Positions 45,093 through 54,368 of a DNA stretch of 64,000 nt are shown piece by piece; the first letter of the stretch is position 1, and the number at the start of each line of letters is the position of its first letter. The notes under the pieces were generated by a model. It did not search any database, was not told the DNA's origin, and worked only from the letters and a program-made list of their open reading frames with translations. Source of the stretch: a bacterium (GTDB lineage Bacteria > UBA8248); assembly GCA_965199855.1 (NCBI GenBank), contig OZ241326.1, forward strand, positions 672,001 to 736,000, in the 5' to 3' direction. The position numbers and the translations under genes are program-made.

Positions 45093-47296
45093 GCGGAACC
45101 GTGATCGAATCGCTGAAGCGTCTGCTCCAAAGCCGCTCCCGAATCTCGACGCAGCTCTATCTGGGCATCGGCGGCGCCGTGGTTCTCACCGTCATAGCGA
45201 GCCTGGTGGGCTGGATCTCGTTCGACCGGGTCGGCGACGCCCAGAGCCGCGTGAACGAGTCCAGCGTTCCGCTGCTGGCGTCCGCTTTCCGGGTCGCCGG
45301 GAGAAGCGCCGATCTGGTGGTCGCCGCGCCGCGCCTGGCCGCGGTCGAGGACCCCGACGACCTGGCGCGGATCGCCAGCAGGGTCGAGAAGGATCGGGAG
45401 GTGTTCGAGGCGGAGCTGGGCGCGCTGACGCGCACGGGCGGGGAGGCGGAGCGCTTCAGGCGCATCATCGAGCGGGGAAAGGCGCTGATCGCCAACATCG
45501 AGGCCATCAAGGCTTTGGTGCTCCGGCGCTTCGACCTCCTCGATCTGCGGGATACGCTCAGCCTGGAGCTCACGTGGCTGCGCAAGGAACTGGAGAACAT
45601 CCTGCTCCCCGCGATAGACGATCAGCTCTTCTTCGTGATGACGGGCTACCGCAGCCTGGACGACGGGCCCGCGCCCTGGGAGGAGCACTTCTCGGAGGAG
45701 GAATTCGTCCTTTATCGCTACATGGCCGAACTGCATACCGACGCCGCCATCGGAACGCAGGCTCTGGCGGCCGCCTTCAACGTCCCGGACGCCGCTCTTA
45801 TCGAACCGCTGCGGGAGCGCTTCGAGGCCGTGGTGCGCGGCGTCAGACGCCGCCTGGCCTCGCTTGGAAAGGCGCCCGTGCGGGCCAAGCTCGCGCCCCA
45901 CTTCGACCGGATGATCGAGCTGGGCGTCGGGCGGGCGGGGGGCTTCAACCTGCGCGCGCGCGAGCTGGCGATCTCCGAGCGGCTGCGGGAGCTGCTCTCG
46001 AGCAACGGCGACCTCGCCGTGGACCTCCTGAGCGAGACCGAGAGCCTGGTGAAAGCGGCGCGGGAAAGCGCGCGGGAGGCCACGCTGGCCTCCGGCGAGG
46101 CGATTCGCACCGGGCGAAATCTGCTCCTCTCGCTGAGCTTCGTCAGCGTCGTCGCGGCGGTGCTCATCGCCTGGCTGTTCGTCGGCCGGGTGCTGTCGCG
46201 CCGGCTCGGGCGGCTTTCGGATCGGATGCGCCGCATGGCCGACGGCGACCTGGAGGCGGAGGTAGACATCGGCGGGAGCGACGAGGTCTCGGAGATGGCC
46301 GCCGCGCTCGAGGTGTTCCGCCGCCACGCCCTGGAGGTGCAGCGCCTGAACCTGGTGGAGAAGCTGGCCGATGAGCTCAAGGGCAAGAACGATCAGCTCG
46401 AGAGCACGCTGGGCGAACTCGAGAAGGCGCAGGATCAGATCGTCATGCGCGAGAAGCTGGCGGCGCTCGGCGAACTGACGGCGGGCGTCGCCCACGAGAT
46501 CAGGAATCCGCTGAACTTCATCAAGAATTTTTCGGAAGTCTCCGAGGAGCTGATGGAGGAGCTGCAGGAGGAGCTGGAGAAAGTCCTCGGCGGAGGCGGG
46601 AACGGCTCAGGCGAAGACGGCGGCGGCGGGAGCGGGAACGGGAAGAAGGAGGAGGACGCGGGCGGGCTGATCCGCGAGATCGGCGGCGACCTGACCGAGA
46701 ACCTCAAGCGCATCCGCGAGCACGGCGAGCGCGCCAACAACATCGTGCAGAGCATGCTGATGATGGGCAGGGGCTCGAGCGATCGGCAGCCGACGAACAT
46801 CAATGCCGTGATCTCCGAGCACGCGCGGCTCGCCTACCACAGCGCCCGGGCGGTGGACCCGGATTTCCGCCTCACGATGGAGGAGGAGTTCGACGAGGAC
46901 ATCGGGGAATACGAGGCCATCCCGCAGGATCTGGGCCGCGTCTTCCTGAACATGGTCAGCAACGCCTGCTACGCCACCGACGAGAGGCGGCGCGCGATCG
47001 AGGCCGGGGAAAAGAAGCTGGCGGAGGGCGCGCCGCGCTACGAGCCTCTCCTGCGCCTCGTCACCCGGAGCCTGCCGGATCGCATCGAGGTTCGCGTCCG
47101 CGACAACGGAAGCGGAATGCCGCCGGACGTCATCGAAAAGATATTCAACCCCTTCTTCACGACCAAGCCGACGGACAAGGGCACGGGCCTGGGACTCTCC
47201 CTCTGCAACGACATCGTGCGCGAGCACGGGGGAAGCATCCGGGTCGAATCCGCGCCTGACGAGTTCACGGAGATGATCGTCGAACTGCCCCGGTAG
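45089..47296 (+). CDS. Membrane sensor histidine kinase (helical periplasmic domain, HAMP, HisKA, HATPase)
   Basis: Two TM helices, HAMP GSDEVSEMA, AGVAHEIRNPLNF, NMVSNA, DNGSGM, FNPFFTTK, GTGLGL; GTGA overlap with the binding-protein gene. Confidence 0.93.
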   Translation: MSGTVIESLKRLLQSRSRISTQLYLGIGGAVVLTVIASLVGWISFDRVGDAQSRVNESSVPLLASAFRVAGRSADLVVAAPRLAAVEDPDDLARIASRVEKDREVFEAELGALTRTGGEAERFRRIIERGKALIANIEAIKALVLRRFDLLDLRDTLSLELTWLRKELENILLPAIDDQLFFVMTGYRSLDDGPAPWEEHFSEEEFVLYRYMAELHTDAAIGTQALAAAFNVPDAALIEPLRERFEAVVRGVRRRLASLGKAPVRAKLAPHFDRMIELGVGRAGGFNLRARELAISERLRELLSSNGDLAVDLLSETESLVKAARESAREATLASGEAIRTGRNLLLSLSFVSVVAAVLIAWLFVGRVLSRRLGRLSDRMRRMADGDLEAEVDIGGSDEVSEMAAALEVFRRHALEVQRLNLVEKLADELKGKNDQLESTLGELEKAQDQIVMREKLAALGELTAGVAHEIRNPLNFIKNFSEVSEELMEELQEELEKVLGGGGNGSGEDGGGGSGNGKKEEDAGGLIREIGGDLTENLKRIREHGERANNIVQSMLMMGRGSSDRQPTNINAVISEHARLAYHSARAVDPDFRLTMEEEFDEDIGEYEAIPQDLGRVFLNMVSNACYATDERRRAIEAGEKKLAEGAPRYEPLLRLVTRSLPDRIEVRVRDNGSGMPPDVIEKIFNPFFTTKPTDKGTGLGLSLCNDIVREHGGSIRVESAPDEFTEMIVELPR

Positions 47297-47392
47297 GCGG
47301 GAAGGCTCCTGCGGATGGGCGCGGGGAGGCCGGGGACGGGAAGGCGCCCCCCGGCCCGAAGCCGCCCCGGGCGGGAGGGCCGCTTCCGCTCC

Positions 47393-47731
47393 TCAGCCGG
47401 CGGTCGCGGCGAGCGCCTCCTCCTTGGTGGCGCGGAGCTGGATGATGTGGTCGAAGCCGGATATCTCGAACACCTCGCGTATCAGATCCCCGAGCGCGTA
47501 TAGCGCGAACTTCGCGTCCCGCTGCCCGAGGTACTTGGCGATCAGCAGGACGGCGCGAAGGCCGGCGCTGCTGATGTAGGAGACGCTCTCGAAATTCACG
47601 ATGACGGCGCGGTCGCTCTCGCCGATCGCCGTCTTTATCGCGTTCTCGAACTCCGGGGCGGTGACGCCGTCAATGCGCCCATCGACCTGGACAACCAGCG
47701 TTCCGTCTTCTCGCTCGATCTTGGTCTCCAT
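47393..47731 (-). CDS. STAS anti-anti-sigma factor (RsbV/SpoIIAA family)
   Basis: GRID, VSYISSAGLRAVL (phospho-Ser motif), EVFEISGF. Confidence 0.92.
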   Translation of the reverse strand: METKIEREDGTLVVQVDGRIDGVTAPEFENAIKTAIGESDRAVIVNFESVSYISSAGLRAVLLIAKYLGQRDAKFALYALGDLIREVFEISGFDHIIQLRATKEEALAATAG

Positions 47732-48040
47732 TCTCGGCCTTGCCTCCTCATGCCTGGATGGTTCCTGATAAGCGCTCGCCGGCGCGCGTCGAGCCGATGG
47801 GCCGGGAGCGGCCCGGCGCAATCATACATCAGGCGTCCGCCGATTCGTCAACCCCCGCTCCGGCCAACGCTCGCGCCCGCGTCATCTTTTCGTTGCCCCC
47901 GAGTATATCAAAATATCGCCGCGTTCCGCAACTCATCGCCGCGCCGGAGTTCGGTTCGGCGGAGGCGTCCCCGGGGCTTCCCGCGCGCGGGCGATCATCC
48001 CGTCGGCGCCGGCGCCCGGGCTTCGAGGCGGCGCGCGGCC

Positions 48041-48524
48041 TCCCGCAGGGGGCGTTCGGGAACGCCCCGACGCCTCTGATGCGAACGCCCCTTGAATGCG
48101 GGCGGTTCACGAACCGCCCCTACGAAACCCTCGCCGTCCGCGCCCGTGGGTGAAGCGCCGAGGGGCGCTTCCCACACATTCATGCGTCCCGTTTCGCTCC
48201 GTGAAAGCCGCGCGTGAATGTCTGCGAATTTCTGCAAAATCCGACAAATTCAAGGCCAATATAGACAAATACGCAGCTATTTCCCGTCCTTTTTCGACCC
48301 TTTTGAGACCCCTTTGACCATCCTTTGAGCATCCCGCCGGCCCCCGATTCGCCCGCCTTCCCTCCCCCCGCGGGCGCACCCCTCCCGCATCGTGAATATA
48401 CCCCGCCCCGCCCGCCTCCCGAAGCCGCAGATGCGGGCAGATGCGGGCAAATGCGCGCGAGGCTCCTCCGTGGGGCGATTCGGCGGCGCGATTTTCGGGG
48501 AAAATACTCGTTTTCCGGATGCGC
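48041..48524. repeat. Dispersed non-coding element, copy 2, with GTAG-type REPs
   Basis: Collinear with 18345-18807; REP 24-mer at 48100-48123; gcagatgcgg-like 10-mer x3; gattttcggggaaaatac. Confidence 0.85.
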
Positions 48525-48646
48525 CTCCCGAGTCCCGGGGCGGCTTCGGGGAGGGACGCCCCTGCGGAGGCGGTCGTTCGCGCAGCCAGCGGGGGCATTC
48601 GCTCCGACGGGGAGGGGCGGCCGGCGGCGTTTTGGGGCGAGCCGAA

Positions 48647-49495
48647 TCAGCATCCAGGCGAGCGAGGTGGGGCTTTTTCGCCCGCCGCGCACCAGTAGGG
48701 GGCGGAATCGGACGCGCGGACGTTTTCGAGCCCCGCCCTTTCGAGCATCTCCACGACCTGCTTTCTCGTGAACCTTCTCTCCAGCCTCGTGGAGAACCTG
48801 TCGAGCGCGTCGGTTCGCATCGTGTAGAAGCTCAAGTCCGCGTAGTAGCTCAGGGGGATGCGCTCGACGCTCCGGCCCCGGGCGGCCAGCGTCCTCGAAA
48901 GCCGCGCCAGGGGAAGATAGACGCAAAGCGCGATGAGGTCGCAGATGTGTTTCTTCACCGCGAAGGGAAGCCGCGAGATCATCCTTCGCAAGGCGTCCGA
49001 AGCCCGCCAGATCGCCCGGAACCAGAGGGGCCGGTTGTCGAAGGCGTAATACAGATAAACGAGAAAGGGCGCGCCGGGCTTCAGGAGCTCGACGCATTCT
49101 CGGACGCCCTCCGTCGCGTCGGGAACGTGGTGCAGCACCCCCAGGGAGTAGCCGAAATCCATGGAGCCTCTCGCCAGCGGAATCGCATCGACGCTCGCGC
49201 GGATGAATTCGACGTTGGCGCAGGCGGCGCAGTTTCTTCTGGCGGCGTCCAGCGCCTTCTCGCTCGCGTCGAGGCAGTAGAGCTTCCCCGCGCGCGGAGC
49301 GAACAGTCTGGCCCAGCGTCCGCTGCCGCATCCCAGGTCGAAGCCGACGGCGCGCGCGTCCACCTTCTCCCACGGAAAAACCGAAAAGTAGTCGTTGAAT
49401 CGCTTTCGGGCTTCCTCCGCGGAGAGCGCGGTCTGGTCGAAGCGCGCCCATTCCTCCCCGAAGTCCGCGACCGTGGCGTCGTCCTGGTTCTTCAC
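48647..49495 (-). CDS. Class I SAM-dependent methyltransferase
   Basis: FDLGCGSGRWA, YSLGVLHHVPD, LKPGAPF; GTG start. Confidence 0.88.
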   Translation of the reverse strand: MKNQDDATVADFGEEWARFDQTALSAEEARKRFNDYFSVFPWEKVDARAVGFDLGCGSGRWARLFAPRAGKLYCLDASEKALDAARRNCAACANVEFIRASVDAIPLARGSMDFGYSLGVLHHVPDATEGVRECVELLKPGAPFLVYLYYAFDNRPLWFRAIWRASDALRRMISRLPFAVKKHICDLIALCVYLPLARLSRTLAARGRSVERIPLSYYADLSFYTMRTDALDRFSTRLERRFTRKQVVEMLERAGLENVRASDSAPYWCAAGEKAPPRSPGC

Positions 49496-49580
49496 GCGGG
49501 CTCCTGAAAAAAACCCTGGTTCGATAAGCGGGGCGCATCCTGCCGCGGCGCGCGGGTCGGCGGGGAGAAAGCGCGGTTCG

Positions 49581-50573
49581 CTAGTCGGTGCGGACGTTCT
49601 TCGCCCACGCGCGGTTGGCCATATACCATTCGACCAGGCGCGCGAGGCCGTCCGCCAGATTCACCTCGGGCCGCCAGCCCAGAAGCCTTTCCGCCTTGTC
49701 GATGCTCGCCCAGGTGGCCTTCACGTCGGCGGGGTTCATCTCCTCGTGGCGGATGGCGGCTTTTTTCTCCGTGAGCGCCTCGATGCGGCGAATCGCGTCG
49801 TTCAGGGCGACGGGTTCGTCCGACCCCAGGTTGATGACTTCATAGGAGAGCGGCTTGAGGGCCGCGACCGTTCCCCGGGCGATGTCGTCCACGTAGGTGA
49901 AGTCGCGCCGCTGGGCGCCGTCCCCATAGACGAGGACGGGCCTTCCCTCGGCGATCCATTGCGTGAAGCGGAAGAGGCTCATGTCGGGCCGCCCCGCCGG
50001 GCCGTAGACGGTGAAGTAGCGCAGCACCGTCGCGTCGATCCCGAACAGGTGATGGTAGGCGTGGCAGAGCGCCTCGGCCGCCTTCTTGGAGGCGGCGTAG
50101 GGCGAGAGCGGCCTGTCGGCCGGGGCGTCCTCCCGAAACGGCATGGACGCCTCCGCCCCGTAGGCGCTCGAGGTGGAGGCGAGCACGAACTTCATGACGC
50201 CGAAGTCCTTGCAGAGCTCGAGCAGGTTCAGCGCGCCCGTGGCGTTGGTCTCGAAATACGCCCAGGGATCCTCGATGGACTGCCGCACGCCCGCGCGGGC
50301 GGCCAGGTTCAGGACGGCGGCGAAGGGCGGCGCGCCGCCCCCGGCGTTTTCCGCGAACAGCCGGCGCAGGGGGTCGAGCCGGGTGACGTCCCCTTTGCGG
50401 AAGACGAAGCCGGGGAGCGCCTTGAGGCGGGCGAGGCGGTAGTCCTTGAGCCGCGCGTCGTAGGCGTCGTTCATGCTGTCCAGGCCGACGACGGCGTGGC
50501 CCGCCTCCGCCAGAAGCTCGCACACCCTGGAGGCGATGAAGCCCGCCGCGCCCGTGACGAGATATTTGGCCAA
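49581..50573 (-). CDS. NAD-dependent epimerase, UDP-glucuronate 4-epimerase-like
   Basis: VTGAAGFIA, NLAARAGVRQS, SPYAASKK, FTVYGPAGRPDM, RDFTYVDD. Confidence 0.9.
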   Translation of the reverse strand: MAKYLVTGAAGFIASRVCELLAEAGHAVVGLDSMNDAYDARLKDYRLARLKALPGFVFRKGDVTRLDPLRRLFAENAGGGAPPFAAVLNLAARAGVRQSIEDPWAYFETNATGALNLLELCKDFGVMKFVLASTSSAYGAEASMPFREDAPADRPLSPYAASKKAAEALCHAYHHLFGIDATVLRYFTVYGPAGRPDMSLFRFTQWIAEGRPVLVYGDGAQRRDFTYVDDIARGTVAALKPLSYEVINLGSDEPVALNDAIRRIEALTEKKAAIRHEEMNPADVKATWASIDKAERLLGWRPEVNLADGLARLVEWYMANRAWAKNVRTD

Positions 50574-50836
50574 TCCGCGCTCCTCCCCGCGACGCGCGCT
50601 TTCGCGCCGAAGACGGCGCACCCTATCAGAAGCGGGGCGGTTCGGACAAAATGATCGGGGAATCGCGCGCGCTTGAAGTCCGCGCCGTTTGTTCGTATGG
50701 TCGGCCTCTCCGCCCGAGCGGCGCATTTTGCATGGGCGAACGCATCCGCCGCCAGGGCCTCGGGGCGGCCTCTCGCCCGGGGGCGGGCGGCGTTCTCGTC
50801 CGATGAGTTCGCCCTGACGCGAATCGGGAATTTTCG

Positions 50837-51769
50837 ATGGCGAACGTGCTGGTGACGGGAGGGGCCGGGTTCATCGGCGGCCACTTGGCGGCGGCCTGCC
50901 TCGAGGCGGGCGATTCCGTCCGGGTGGTGGACAACCTCGCCTCCGGCGCGGCGGACAATCTTCCCGCCGGCGCCGTTTTTTACGAGGGCGACGTGGCCGA
51001 TGCGGACTTCATGCGCGGCCTGGTGAGCGAGGCGCGCCCGGCGCTCATCCACCATCTGGCGGCGCAGGCGAGCGTGGTGCGCGGTTTGGCCGATCCTCTC
51101 CTCGACGCGCGGGTGAACCTCATGGGGACGCTCGGCGTTCTGGAGGCGGCGCGGAGCCTGGATGCGCCGCCGAGAATCGTCTATGCCGCGACGGGCGGGG
51201 CCTGCTACGGCGACCCCGAAGGGGAGATCGTGGACGAGAGCTGCACCGTCGCCCCCTCCTCCCACTACGGAATGAGCAAGGCGGCGGGCGAGCGGTATGC
51301 CATGTTCTACGGCGAGGCTTTCGGGATGCCCGTCGTCTCGCTGCGTCTGGCCAACGTCTATGGGCCGGGACAGCGCGCGGATCTGGACGCGGGCGTCATC
51401 TCGATTTTCGCGGAGAAGCTGCTCCGGGGCGAGCCTGTCACTCTCTACGGACACGGGCGCGCGGGGCGCGATTACGTCCATGTGAAGGACGCGGTCGAGG
51501 CGTTCCTGACGGCGGCGAAGGGGGAAGCGGACGGCGGCGCCTACAACGTCGGCACCGGCGTCATCACCGAGGTGGAGACGCTCCTGGACGTCCTCTGCCG
51601 CAAGATGGGCAGGAAGCCCCGCGCCGTGGAGCGCGCGCCCCTGCGCGAGGGCGAGGTGTTCAGAATCGGTCTGGACGCGCGCGCGTTCCGGCGAAAAACC
51701 GGCTGGGCGCCCCGATACGCGCTCGGCGAGGGACTCGCCGATTTCGTGGAGTCCCTGAAGGCTTCGTAG
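50837..51769 (+). CDS. NAD-dependent epimerase/dehydratase, UDP-glucose 4-epimerase-like
   Basis: VTGGAGFIG, HLAAQASV, YGMSK, NVYGPGQ, RDYVHVKD. Confidence 0.9.
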   Translation: MANVLVTGGAGFIGGHLAAACLEAGDSVRVVDNLASGAADNLPAGAVFYEGDVADADFMRGLVSEARPALIHHLAAQASVVRGLADPLLDARVNLMGTLGVLEAARSLDAPPRIVYAATGGACYGDPEGEIVDESCTVAPSSHYGMSKAAGERYAMFYGEAFGMPVVSLRLANVYGPGQRADLDAGVISIFAEKLLRGEPVTLYGHGRAGRDYVHVKDAVEAFLTAAKGEADGGAYNVGTGVITEVETLLDVLCRKMGRKPRAVERAPLREGEVFRIGLDARAFRRKTGWAPRYALGEGLADFVESLKAS

Positions 51770-51837
51770 GCCGGCGGACGGCGAGCCGGGCGCGGAGCCG
51801 CGGCGAGACGAATCAAGCTCCCCGAAAAACGAAAAGC

Positions 51838-52266
51838 TTATGATGCCGGCAGGCGTCCATAGACCCGCCCGGGCTCGACCAGCACGGCGACGGCGCCTTG
51901 CTCGACCATCGCCCGGTCGTATTCCTCCCAGTCGGGGTGGTCCGAATCCCCGCACGCGCGATAGACCTCGCGGAACATCCGCCGCATCCGCTCCTTCTCG
52001 GTGTTCTCGTAGTCGAAGAGCCTGGCGTCGCCCTCCACGTTCACCCACGTTCGCCAGTCGGAGGTGACGCAGAGCACCGCGCATCGGGGGTTCGCGCGCA
52101 GGTTCCTGAGCTTCACCGACCAGCCGCGCACGATGACGAACGCCGCGCGACCCTCATGCGCTCCGCATACGATGACGCTCGAATGCGGCGATCCGTCCGG
52201 CCCCAGGGTCGTGACCACCCCTTTGTGGTTTTTCTCCAGAAATGGTCTTGCGTCCTCGAAATTCAT
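51838..52266 (-). CDS. PPOX-class (putative F420-dependent) split-barrel oxidoreductase
   Basis: VVTTLGPDGSPH, KLRNLRANPR, HPDWEEYDRAM. Confidence 0.8.
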   Translation of the reverse strand: MNFEDARPFLEKNHKGVVTTLGPDGSPHSSVIVCGAHEGRAAFVIVRGWSVKLRNLRANPRCAVLCVTSDWRTWVNVEGDARLFDYENTEKERMRRMFREVYRACGDSDHPDWEEYDRAMVEQGAVAVLVEPGRVYGRLPAS

Positions 52267-52353
52267 GGGATACCTCGCCGTGAGAGGGGTTTTCGATGCG
52301 CCTCATTGTAGCAGAAGTTCGTACCGGATGAGACGCCCGAAGGAGATTCGCCC

Positions 52354-52557
52354 ATGAGCCGTCCGCCGAGGGAACTCCGCTCGAAGCTTTGCGTTCACGC
52401 CTGCTGCGCGGAGCTGCTCAAGACCAGCAGGGCGTCGGAGACCCTCTATCGGGAGGCGCTCTCCCGCCTCGGAGAAAAGGGCCTGATCGCCCTCACCGGT
52501 TTTTGCTCGACCGTCTCCCTCACCCCCAACGCCTTCGAGATCCCGCCCGTGGAATGA
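52354..52557 (+). pseudogene. C-terminal remnant of a carboxymuconolactone decarboxylase-family gene
   Basis: ELLKTSRASETLYREALSRLGEKGLIAL...VSLTPNAFEIP resembles the CMD C-terminus; N-terminal half absent. Confidence 0.5.
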
Positions 52558-54094
52558 GGGCGAGCGCGCCGGGGCGTTCTCGCGCGGGCGCGCGGCCGCT
52601 ATGCTGCGTCATGCCCAGGAGCTTCTCCTGAACGGCTTCGCTCCATGCGCCTTCCTCCATCCGCCAGCGCCAGTTGCCCTCCACGACGCCGGGGCGGTTC
52701 ATGCGCGCCTCGTTGCCGAGGCCGAGCGCGTCCTGCGCGGGCGTGACGGCGAGGGCGGCCCGCGACTGCAGCGCTGCGCGGATCATCGACCAGTGGATGT
52801 CCTCGGGTTCGCCCCCGAAGGTTCTGAGTGCCGTGGCGCGCGAGATGGCGAAGCCGGCAGGCGATTCGTTGTGGAGAATCGGGTCCGCCCCGTGAAACCA
52901 GCCCTGGGCGGTGTCGTTGTCGTGCGTGCCGGTATAGACCACGGCGTTCTCGGGGACGTTGTGGGGAAGATGGGGATTTTCCGGACTGCCGTCGAAGGCG
53001 AACTGCAAAACGCGCATTCCGGGCAGCCCGAACCGCTCCCGCAGGGCGTGAACGTCTTCGTCCACCGCGCCCAGATCCTCGGCGATGAGCGGGAGCGGGC
53101 CGAATTCCCCCTCCAGCGCGTGGAAGAAGGCTTCTCCCGGCCCTTCGCGCCAGGCGCCTTCCTTCGGCGATTCCGCATCGGCCGGAATCGCCCAGAAGCG
53201 CGCGAAGCCGATAAAGTGATCGAGGCGCAGGGCGTCGAACCGCGCGACGTTCGCGGCGAAGCGCGTCTTCCACCAGGCGAAATTCTCCTCCGCGTGCGCC
53301 GCCCAGTCGTAGAGGGGGTTTCCCCAGTGCTGGCCATCGCGGTTGAAGTAGTCGGGCGGGGCGCCGGCGAAGGCGCGCGGCCGGCGGGCCTCGTCGAGCT
53401 CGAACAGGTGCGTCCGCGCCCATACGTCCGCCGAATCATGGGCGACGTAGATAGGGATGTCGCCGATGAGGCCGACCCCGTTTCGCGCGGCGTACTCCCT
53501 GAGCGCGCCCCAGTGGCGGTGAAAGATGAACTGCTCGAAGAGCGCGCGGCGAACGTTCGCGCCAAAGGCCGGGTCGTCGGGATCCTGGCGCTTCGCGTCC
53601 TCCGGCCACGTCCACCAGGGGGAGCCGCCGAAGGCGCGCTTGAGCGCCCGGAACCTCGCGTAGTCGCCAAGCCAGCCCGCGTTCGCCTCGCAAAACGCCT
53701 CATAGGCGGCGTCCGGCCCGCCCTCGCTCTCGAACGCCCGGAACGCCTTCTCCAGCAGCGCTTCGCTCGCCCGGAGTGCCTGGGGGTATCCGGCTCCGCG
53801 GGCCTCGGGCGCTCGGTGGGCTTTCAGGTCTTCTCGGGAGAGAAGGCCCTCCTCGGCGAGGCGCTCGGGCGATATGAGCAGCGGGCTGCCCGCGAACGTG
53901 GAGGAGGAGACGTAAGGGGAGCCCGTCTCGTCCGTCGGGCATACGGGCAGGGTCTGCCACCAGGACTGGCCGGAGGCCTTGAGGCGATCCACGAAGTCGA
54001 ACGCCCCTGGGCCGATGTCGCCGAAGGCCCCCTCGCCCGGAAGCGACGTGGGATGCAGCAGGACGCCGCTGCTTCTCGCGTGAAGCGGTTTCAT
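52520..54094 (-). CDS. malQ: 4-alpha-glucanotransferase (GH77)
   Basis: GVLLHPTSLPG, GDIPIYV, GQHWGNPLYDW, RLDHFIGF, IAEDLG, YTGTHDNDT. Confidence 0.95.
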   Translation of the reverse strand: MKPLHARSSGVLLHPTSLPGEGAFGDIGPGAFDFVDRLKASGQSWWQTLPVCPTDETGSPYVSSSTFAGSPLLISPERLAEEGLLSREDLKAHRAPEARGAGYPQALRASEALLEKAFRAFESEGGPDAAYEAFCEANAGWLGDYARFRALKRAFGGSPWWTWPEDAKRQDPDDPAFGANVRRALFEQFIFHRHWGALREYAARNGVGLIGDIPIYVAHDSADVWARTHLFELDEARRPRAFAGAPPDYFNRDGQHWGNPLYDWAAHAEENFAWWKTRFAANVARFDALRLDHFIGFARFWAIPADAESPKEGAWREGPGEAFFHALEGEFGPLPLIAEDLGAVDEDVHALRERFGLPGMRVLQFAFDGSPENPHLPHNVPENAVVYTGTHDNDTAQGWFHGADPILHNESPAGFAISRATALRTFGGEPEDIHWSMIRAALQSRAALAVTPAQDALGLGNEARMNRPGVVEGNWRWRMEEGAWSEAVQEKLLGMTQHSGRAPARERPGALALIPRAGSRRRWG

Positions 54095-54368
54095 GTTCAC
54101 AACCCGTCCATTGGAGAAATCCTCGGCGCCCTCGCGTCGCGCCCCACGTTCACGGAAATATATGGCGCGCCGCGCCGCGCGTTCAAGCGCCTGGCGCATG
54201 AAGCGGGAGAAAGCGGTCGGGAGAGGGGCGGGGCCATGCCGCGGCCTTTTGGGAGTTCAGGTTTTCCTCGCCGACTGGCCGCGGTTCGAAGGATGTTCAT
54301 GGCCGGAGACGTCTCTTCAAGCCGTCAAATGAGCCGCCGCGGGATTTCCCGGGCGCGCGGGCGCGGCC

